Part shown: positions 58,109 to 64,000 of the stretch, piece after piece
How the letters are laid out: each line of letters opens with the position of its first letter
How positions within the stretch are numbered: the first letter of the stretch is position 1
Assembly (NCBI GenBank): GCA_964579625.1
Contig: CAZOGU010000005.1
Location: 1,145 to 65,144 of the forward strand
DNA length: 64,000 bases
Reading direction: 5' to 3'
Source of the DNA: an uncultured Pseudobdellovibrionaceae bacterium
GTDB lineage: Bacteria > Bdellovibrionota > Bdellovibrionia > Bdellovibrionales > JAGQZY01
Notes under the pieces: model-generated
The model's input: only the letters and a program-made list of their open reading frames with translations
Database searches by the model: none
What the model was told of the DNA's origin: nothing
Made by a program: the position numbers and the translations under genes

Positions 58109-59665
58109 TTAAAGGGAGCGGTTGAAAGTTGTTTTGTATTTTTGTTCCCACTCTTTGGCTTTTTCTTCTTGTTTTATCACGCGGTACAATTGGATGAGGT
58201 ATGGATAGGATGGGTGGAACCTTGGGGATATTTCGATTGCCTTGAGGAGTAATTTTTCTCCTTGTTGGAAGTCGTTTCGCTTGAGGTAAATCAGCGCCAT
58301 ATTGTGATAAGTCTGTGGATAAGCTTGTGGATCTTGCTCTAAACTTTTTTCGTACTCTTTAAGGGCTAAGTCTTCCTGTCCATTATCACTGTAGGCCATG
58401 GCCAGATTGTGTCTGACTCGTGTCACCTTTGGGTTGAATTGTAAGATGCGGCTAAAAAGCGTGATGGGACTTTCCCACATTCGGTTTTGTCTATAGGTGA
58501 GCGTTCCTGTAACAAGGACGAGCATCATTGTTATTGTGGCTGCAACTTTTGTTGGACTTTTTTGAAATATCACGGCCACTGTCCAGAAAATAGCGATGGC
58601 TGGTACGTACAGCCAGTGCTCTAAAAAGAAGCTATTCATGGGAACGAGGATGCCCGAGTGTAAACTGTGTGCGGCCACAAACCACATCGTCATTCCTATT
58701 AAAATGATAGCACTTTTTTGATGACGCCTCCAAAGCCAATAACAAATGAACGTGTGAGCAATGAGGATAAGTAAACCGAAAGCAACTGGAAAATCAGTGA
58801 TCTTTGTGTAAACGGGGAAAGCACGATCTATGTGCAAATTCACTGGCCAAATAATAAGTTTTAAATACTCAGGAATTGTTGCGAGGAATGTAAAAAAACG
58901 GACATGAAAATTTTCAGTGTAGATGTTTTGGGTTTTATAAAAGTGAAAGTCTCCGTTAAAATTTAAAATCGACGCTCGCAGCCCAACATATATCAGCGCC
59001 ATCACCAGATACAGCGCGACCGGCCTATAAGTCTTCCAGTGCCATCTTTTATCGGAGGTCAGAAAAAGAACGGCCATCGCAAGGCCTGGAAAAACTACGG
59101 CCACCTCTTTGCTCAACATTGCACATACAAATAATAAACTGGAGAGAACGATTGAATATTTTGATCTCGAGAGCAATACAATCAGTGCCGACAAGGAAAA
59201 CATGCATTGAAGTGGGTCCGCCGTTCCGCTGATATAGGCGATGACCTCTGTGTGAACAGGATGTGCCGCCCACAGTGCTGCTGCAAAAAAAGCGCCCGAT
59301 TGCTTGAAGCCCAATCTCAATCCTAGAATAAAAATAAGAATTGCGTTGAGCAAATGGATTAAAACATTCAGTAAATGAAACGCCCACGGCTCTGCACCAA
59401 AAATTTGCTCCACGAAAAGATAAAAGGAAAACTGCATCGGTCGATAAAACGAATCTTCGAATCCCGAACCCGCCGTGGAATTGGTTTTAAAAATCTTACC
59501 GATATTTTCAAATGAACTTAGAAACTGGTTTTTTTGGATATAAAACTCATCATCATAAACAAAAACCATATCGTACACATTCGAATAAATGACTAGAACC
59601 AAAAGTCCCAAAATGATATTTAATACAATCTTACGTTCGAATGCACTTTTTAACGTCTCTATCAC
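58109..59665 (-). CDS. polytopic GT-C-like membrane protein with C-terminal TPR repeats (TMTC/PMT_2-like)
   Basis: About 11 TM helices, the N-terminal loop motif VFVYDDEFYIQKN, and C-terminal TPR repeats (NLAMAYSDNGQEDLALKEYEKSLEQDP...). Confidence 0.65.
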   Translation of the reverse strand: MIETLKSAFERKIVLNIILGLLVLVIYSNVYDMVFVYDDEFYIQKNQFLSSFENIGKIFKTNSTAGSGFEDSFYRPMQFSFYLFVEQIFGAEPWAFHLLNVLIHLLNAILIFILGLRLGFKQSGAFFAAALWAAHPVHTEVIAYISGTADPLQCMFSLSALIVLLSRSKYSIVLSSLLFVCAMLSKEVAVVFPGLAMAVLFLTSDKRWHWKTYRPVALYLVMALIYVGLRASILNFNGDFHFYKTQNIYTENFHVRFFTFLATIPEYLKLIIWPVNLHIDRAFPVYTKITDFPVAFGLLILIAHTFICYWLWRRHQKSAIILIGMTMWFVAAHSLHSGILVPMNSFFLEHWLYVPAIAIFWTVAVIFQKSPTKVAATITMMLVLVTGTLTYRQNRMWESPITLFSRILQFNPKVTRVRHNLAMAYSDNGQEDLALKEYEKSLEQDPQAYPQTYHNMALIYLKRNDFQQGEKLLLKAIEISPRFHPSYPYLIQLYRVIKQEEKAKEWEQKYKTTFNRSL

Positions 59666-59842
59666 AAATACAGATTAGGTCCGTGCGCTCGACATGAAAA
59701 GCATTAATTTCATTCTCAACTCGCTCTTATGAAAGCTCCCTCTACTTTTGTCGAGTTCTCCAAAAACAAAGGTCTGGGTTTCTCAAGTTGTTTAAAAAAT
59801 TGACGATATGGTGTTGAGAGTTTTTACACATAGGGAGTTTGC

Positions 59843-61426
59843 ATGATGATCAATTGGGATGAATTTGAACATATACATGTGATTAAGAAGTTAAAACAGA
59901 TTCTGGCTTCTTGGTGGAACATTGATGTTGTTTTTACTGATGAAACTGGCGCCATGCGCGGATTTAATCAGCTGGAAATGAATCCTGTTAATAAAGCCGT
60001 CTACCAAGCACTTCAAAACTCGTCCGCTCGCGAAAATCTGACTGAGATGGTGAACCAAAGCTTAACCGAGTTAAGACAATCTCAGAATCGTTTTGCCATC
60101 AAGAAATGGTCCCATGCCGGTTTTGATGTGGCCGTTTTTCCGATTGAAATTGAAAGAGAATTTATGGGAACGGTGTTGGCTCTTGGGTTTGTGAAAGATC
60201 CCTCCGAAACCAATCGCGGAAACGAAATCGTGGAACACCTTCGTGGCCACAGTATTCCAGACGGTGAAGCCAAAGAGATCCTATCGACCATAAAATTTTT
60301 GACGTCTGATGAAAAAACTCATTTTCTTGATCTCGTCGAGCTCATCTCTCGAGAGATTGTGACTCTGCACCTCGAGATCACAAGCCGCGAAGAGCGCATC
60401 AAAGAACTCAATAAAGAATTGGGCAGCCGCTACAAATATGACAATATGATTGGTAAATCAAAAGCCATGCAAAGTCTTTATGCTTTGCTTGATAAAATTA
60501 AATCAGCAGACAGCACCGTTTTGATTCAAGGTGAAAACGGAACTGGTAAAGAATTGATTGCGAAATCGATTCACTACAATTCATCTCGCAAAGATCGTCC
60601 TTTCGTGATTCAAAACTGCTCGGCCTTTAACGACAATCTTTTAGAGTCAGAGCTTTTCGGACACGCCAAAGGCTCCTTCACTGGCGCTCATAAAGACAAA
60701 AAAGGTCTTTTTGAATTGGCCGACAAAGGCACTTTCTTCCTGGATGAAATCGGAGACACCTCTCCGCAGATGCAGGTTAAACTTCTTCGCGTTCTTCAAG
60801 AAGGAACATTTACGCCTGTCGGTGGGCTCGAAATGAGAAAAGTCGACGTCCGTATTGTGGCTGCAACCAATCGTGACCTCCGAGGCATGGTTGAAGAAGG
60901 AACGTTCCGTGAAGATCTTTACTACCGCTTGAATGTTATTAATCTTCGTGTTCCGCCTTTAAGAGAAAGAAAAGAAGATATCCCACTTCTCTCTGAATAC
61001 TTTATCGAACATGCCTGCAAAAAAGCGGGTCTTCCTAAAAAAATTCTTACAAAACGTGCACTTGAGAAGCTCTACGACTATCCATTCCCTGGAAACGTCA
61101 GAGAACTGCAAAACGAGATGGAGCGCGCGGTTGTTCTTTCGGGAACCGAAAATAAACTTTTGGCGGATATGTTATCTCCTAAAATCTTTGAGACCAACGA
61201 CGCTGTTAAAATTCAGGGCGCTCGAGTTGCTGGATCTTTAAAAGATGCGATTGAGGATTTGGAAAAAGATCTTATTCGTGAAGGTCTTCGCAGAACCGGT
61301 TGGAACAAATCCAAACTTGCTAAGGAACTTGGTATCAGTCGCGCGGGTTTAATTATGAAGGTTGAGAAGTACGGTCTTGATAAGAGACGTGTTCTTGCCG
61401 GCGCAGGGGCGACCAAGACTTCGTAA
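59843..61426 (+). CDS. sigma-54-dependent transcriptional activator with PocR-like N-terminal sensor (no receiver domain)
   Basis: AAA+ motifs GENGTGKELIAKSIH, ESELFGH and GSFTGA, with a C-terminal Fis-type HTH (KSKLAKELGISRAGL). The N-terminal 170 aa resemble a PocR sensory domain. Confidence 0.88.
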   Translation: MMINWDEFEHIHVIKKLKQILASWWNIDVVFTDETGAMRGFNQLEMNPVNKAVYQALQNSSARENLTEMVNQSLTELRQSQNRFAIKKWSHAGFDVAVFPIEIEREFMGTVLALGFVKDPSETNRGNEIVEHLRGHSIPDGEAKEILSTIKFLTSDEKTHFLDLVELISREIVTLHLEITSREERIKELNKELGSRYKYDNMIGKSKAMQSLYALLDKIKSADSTVLIQGENGTGKELIAKSIHYNSSRKDRPFVIQNCSAFNDNLLESELFGHAKGSFTGAHKDKKGLFELADKGTFFLDEIGDTSPQMQVKLLRVLQEGTFTPVGGLEMRKVDVRIVAATNRDLRGMVEEGTFREDLYYRLNVINLRVPPLRERKEDIPLLSEYFIEHACKKAGLPKKILTKRALEKLYDYPFPGNVRELQNEMERAVVLSGTENKLLADMLSPKIFETNDAVKIQGARVAGSLKDAIEDLEKDLIREGLRRTGWNKSKLAKELGISRAGLIMKVEKYGLDKRRVLAGAGATKTS

Positions 61427-61463
61427 ATTGCGTTTATTGACATTTGTAAGTGCAAATTAGATA

Positions 61464-61501
61464 AAGAGGAGTGGCAAATCGATGGCGCTCCTCTTTTTTT
61501 T
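61464..61501 (+). terminator. rho-independent terminator after the sigma-54 activator gene
   Basis: AAGAGGAG, a 16-nt loop, then CTCCTCTT followed by a run of about 8 T. It begins 38 nt after the stop codon. Confidence 0.6.
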
Positions 61502-61911
61502 ATTTCTTCTTTGCGATCATTGGCGGCACTTTTTCGGCTCTCTTGTTAAACCTGTTTTACGCCAACGTTTTTAAAATCTTACCTCTATTTCGTCTTTTTT
61601 TTCTAAAAACCTTTTTGGTTTGCCTCTTACTCCAATGGTGGATCTATTCTTTTGCAGCAGACTCCCTGGTCGCACCCTTCACGCTTCGTGAGTTGCTCAA
61701 CGACCCTTCGGCCGTTGGCGCCTCGTCACTGTTAGGATTACTTCTCTCCTGGCACTTTTTATTCTTAACACGATTGCGTCACCAAATTGATCTTTACCAG
61801 TTTGTCCAAAAGGAGCGGCCACTGATCCCGAGTCTTGTGTGCTGTGCTGTAGGAGGACTCTTTAATATTCTATTTGTGAGTGCTGTCTGGCATGTTTCGC
61901 TTTATTATTAA
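61471..61911 (+). CDS. possible polytopic membrane protein
   Basis: 146-aa hydrophobic ORF with a GTG start that lies inside the terminator hairpin. It has no internal Met, so the true start is unclear. Confidence 0.35.
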   Translation: MANRWRSSFFYFFFAIIGGTFSALLLNLFYANVFKILPLFRLFFLKTFLVCLLLQWWIYSFAADSLVAPFTLRELLNDPSAVGASSLLGLLLSWHFLFLTRLRHQIDLYQFVQKERPLIPSLVCCAVGGLFNILFVSAVWHVSLYY

Positions 61912-61923
61912 CTTTGATTCGCT

Positions 61924-62775
61924 TTAATTATTATCCCATGATTTTTTAAGCTGGAGAAGCTGTCCGCCAAAAAACACAATGATCAGGATAAGAATTCCAA
62001 AGATAATGATATATCGCAAATAGTCCCCAAAGGAGAGTCCAAGCGTAAGATCCGACTGAGCGGGTTTTATCTTAAATTTCGCCATGTCCACAGGAATCTT
62101 TTTTTGCGAGCCGCCGTTTAACTTTCCTTTGAGGTCAATTGTCTTGGCGATAGTTTTATCTTTCTGTGCATTCGATTTTAAAGAAACTCGAACTTGTCCA
62201 TTGTTTCTCTGCTTTTGAGCTCGGTAGCCAGACGAGGAGCTGTCGGACCCTCCACCGCCATCGAGACTTCTGGGGGAATTCTTTTTAACACTTCCAGCCG
62301 CAACTTGATTGCCTTGTGACCGTTCGGCATTGATTGATGAATTGTTACGCGTGACTCGAGAGCTGGAGCGATCACCACGGCCTCCGCCATTTCCCCCTCC
62401 ACCCGCGCCGTCACCGCCAGATGAACTCCCGTCCCCCGCGATTAATGGACGGCCATTTTTTAAAGAAAATTCTTCGTACTCCGACTCACAAGAATCGGCA
62501 TTGACGCCACCGCCGCCACCTAAACTTGGCAACTCACCGGTTTCGAGCAGACACGCTACATAATCACCAAAGTAACTTTGGACATATTTTTTGAGTGCTG
62601 TGTTTAATTGGTAAAGGACGCCGAGCGCAATTCCAACAACGACGATCAATATGAGTAGGTATTCGAGAACGGCCTGCCCTGATTGTGATCCAAAATGAGA
62701 CACAGCAGGACTTTCGCCTGGTGTGCGACTCTCTTTTTGTAAGATGTTTTTTTTCTTAAACATCTGGATCCTCAA
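61924..62775 (-). CDS. Flp/TadE-type prepilin-like protein with Gly/Ser-rich region and C-terminal TM helix
   Basis: A leader ending ...SQSG is followed by QAVLEYLLILIVVVGIALGV, which matches the G/XXXXEY class-III (TadV/CpaA) processing motif. A long GGGG/SSS low-complexity region and a C-terminal TM helix (IIIFGILILIIVFFGG) follow. Confidence 0.6.
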   Translation of the reverse strand: MRIQMFKKKNILQKESRTPGESPAVSHFGSQSGQAVLEYLLILIVVVGIALGVLYQLNTALKKYVQSYFGDYVACLLETGELPSLGGGGGVNADSCESEYEEFSLKNGRPLIAGDGSSSGGDGAGGGGNGGGRGDRSSSRVTRNNSSINAERSQGNQVAAGSVKKNSPRSLDGGGGSDSSSSGYRAQKQRNNGQVRVSLKSNAQKDKTIAKTIDLKGKLNGGSQKKIPVDMAKFKIKPAQSDLTLGLSFGDYLRYIIIFGILILIIVFFGGQLLQLKKSWDNN

Positions 62776-62832
62776 GGCTTTTCTGTTTATTTCCGATACA
62801 TTTATTGTATGTATCTTATCGGTTCGCCTCTT

Positions 62833-63918
62833 ATGAGACTGAAATTTTTCTTACTCCTTGGAGTCTTTTGTCTCTTATCACTTTTTGGCATGAGCCAATC
62901 CCATGGACTTGATCGCCTTCTCGCGCCAGAGGAGGTTGAAAAGCTAAACAAGAACATTCGCCAAGATCCCAACAGTCTTATTTCTCGTCGATTTCTTATT
63001 GATCACTACGCGAAAGAAAAAAAGTGGAGTGAACTTGTGGCGGTGGCGCATCCCGTACAAAAAAACCTATTCCCCGCTGAACAACTTATTTTAACTCGCG
63101 CTTATTTGGAATTAGAAGATGGAAAAAGTGCTCACTCCGTGATCGGATTTTACCAAAGTGAACACGGAGCCACGTCCGAAACAAAATTATTAGAAGCAAG
63201 TGCCTTGACTCATTTGGCCGAGAAGGATCCTGTCGAAGCCAGTCGCCGACAAAAAGCGGTCGATATCATTGCGATCCTTCGAGAATCGATTCGTTTAGAT
63301 AATCAAAACAAACAAGCTTATCTTCAATGGATCGACACTCTCGAAATCTTTTGGACCTCGTACGCAGAAGATGCTCTCCAAGTTTACACTTTACTTGAAG
63401 CCGCAACTAAAGATTTTGTTTCTTACCTCAATGAAAAGTGCGCACTGTATGTTGACGCTCAACTTTGGGATCAAGCCCTCGATAGCTGTAAAAAAAGTGT
63501 TCGTCATGAAACTGCTCACCAAGAGAGTTACATCCATCTTGCAAAAGCCCAAGGCATTAAAGAGTCTTTGCAAGAAAGCAAAAAGACTTTAAAAACTCTG
63601 GTTGAGCGATTTCCAGACTCTGCCATTGGCCACAAGGCCCTTGCTTATGACTACTACACTGAGAATAATTTTATTTCGGCAGCGGATCACTACAAAAAGG
63701 CCACTGAACTCAATCCCAATGATTCGGAATCTTTTTTGTATTTAGCTCAATCCGAATTTCGACAAAAAAAATACCTCGAAGCGCTCGAAGCATTTAAGAA
63801 GAATTGTCATCTTTCGCGCACCTTGGCCAGTGAATTTAAGCACTCCACAGGTGAGCTTCGCAGCCAGTACCCACTTCATAACAAGTACAAAAAAGCCATG
63901 TCATCTTGTCAGAAGTAA
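62833..63918 (+). CDS. secreted TPR-repeat protein
   Basis: ATG 62833 gives signal peptide MRLKFFLLLGVFCLLSLFG, followed by TPR-like repeats (AIGHKALAYDYYTENNFISAADHYKKATELNP). The track start is 62809. Confidence 0.65.
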   Translation: MRLKFFLLLGVFCLLSLFGMSQSHGLDRLLAPEEVEKLNKNIRQDPNSLISRRFLIDHYAKEKKWSELVAVAHPVQKNLFPAEQLILTRAYLELEDGKSAHSVIGFYQSEHGATSETKLLEASALTHLAEKDPVEASRRQKAVDIIAILRESIRLDNQNKQAYLQWIDTLEIFWTSYAEDALQVYTLLEAATKDFVSYLNEKCALYVDAQLWDQALDSCKKSVRHETAHQESYIHLAKAQGIKESLQESKKTLKTLVERFPDSAIGHKALAYDYYTENNFISAADHYKKATELNPNDSESFLYLAQSEFRQKKYLEALEAFKKNCHLSRTLASEFKHSTGELRSQYPLHNKYKKAMSSCQK

Positions 63919-64000
63919 CAACCTCGTGTTAGGTTCTTAAAATATGTCCTATTTTCACTACGCCGCATTTCCATCTTATTCGATCTTAACTTCTTATTTG

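Noticed and set aside
61464-61473. AAAGAGGAG read as a strong RBS for the GTG start at 61471
   Set aside because: The spacing to the GTG is about 0 nt. The same bases form the 5' arm of an 8-bp stem followed by a T-run, which is a terminator for the upstream gene. The start of the 61471 ORF therefore remains unresolved.
62309-62563. 84-aa Pro-rich ORF (plus strand: PPPFPPPPAPSPP)
   Set aside because: It is the antisense mirror of the Gly-rich (GGC/GGA) tract of the Flp-like gene, a low-complexity artefact.

Overview
This is a gene-dense chromosomal window with about 60 CDS on both strands and many ATGA or short overlaps. It comes from an aerobic Gram-negative bacterium. The gene content is compatible with a Bdellovibrio-like or 'delta'-type lineage: a caa3 oxidase, PrkA/YeaH/SpoVR, a sigma-54 activator, and many small secreted proteins and lipoproteins. 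That placement is inference only and cannot be settled without a database search.

Most of the window is housekeeping:
- A 5'-truncated KefC-like antiporter.
- An FAH/maleylacetoacetate isomerase pair.
- A complete caa3-type cytochrome c oxidase and heme A cluster: small TM protein, SCO, CtaC, CtaD, CtaE, subunit IV, CtaB, CtaA.
- A SulP transporter paired with a beta-carbonic anhydrase.
- SecA and TrmL.
- GlnB-GlnA.
- RlmD-like and GuaC-like genes.
- PrkA-YeaH-SpoVR.
- TPR/LolB-like lipoproteins and a PhaR-like protein.
- An LpoB-like lipoprotein module next to a histidine kinase and MreB.
- GlpD.
- An xseA-xseB-ispA-tlyA block followed by a patatin-like gene and pepP.
- PBP1A, UvrA, a GT-C/TPR membrane protein and a sigma-54 enhancer-binding protein.

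I found no rRNA, tRNA, CRISPR array, transposase or integrase.

Non-coding highlights:
- A candidate 6S RNA upstream of xseA.
- A 148-bp element with perfect 45-bp inverted arms between ctaB and ctaA.
- A five-copy dispersed 'AGATCYTTCGC..GCTC..GATGACGG' repeat family.
- Nested palindromes at 51.16 kb.

The most accessory-looking stretch is 21.7-24.7 kb. It holds a membrane protein, a DUF222-HNH nuclease, a 540-bp non-coding gap and a small Cys-containing secreted protein. About 43-nt direct repeats bracket it between glnA and rlmD. I did not recognise a complete novel multi-gene system with confidence. The candidates are listed as findings with their caveats.
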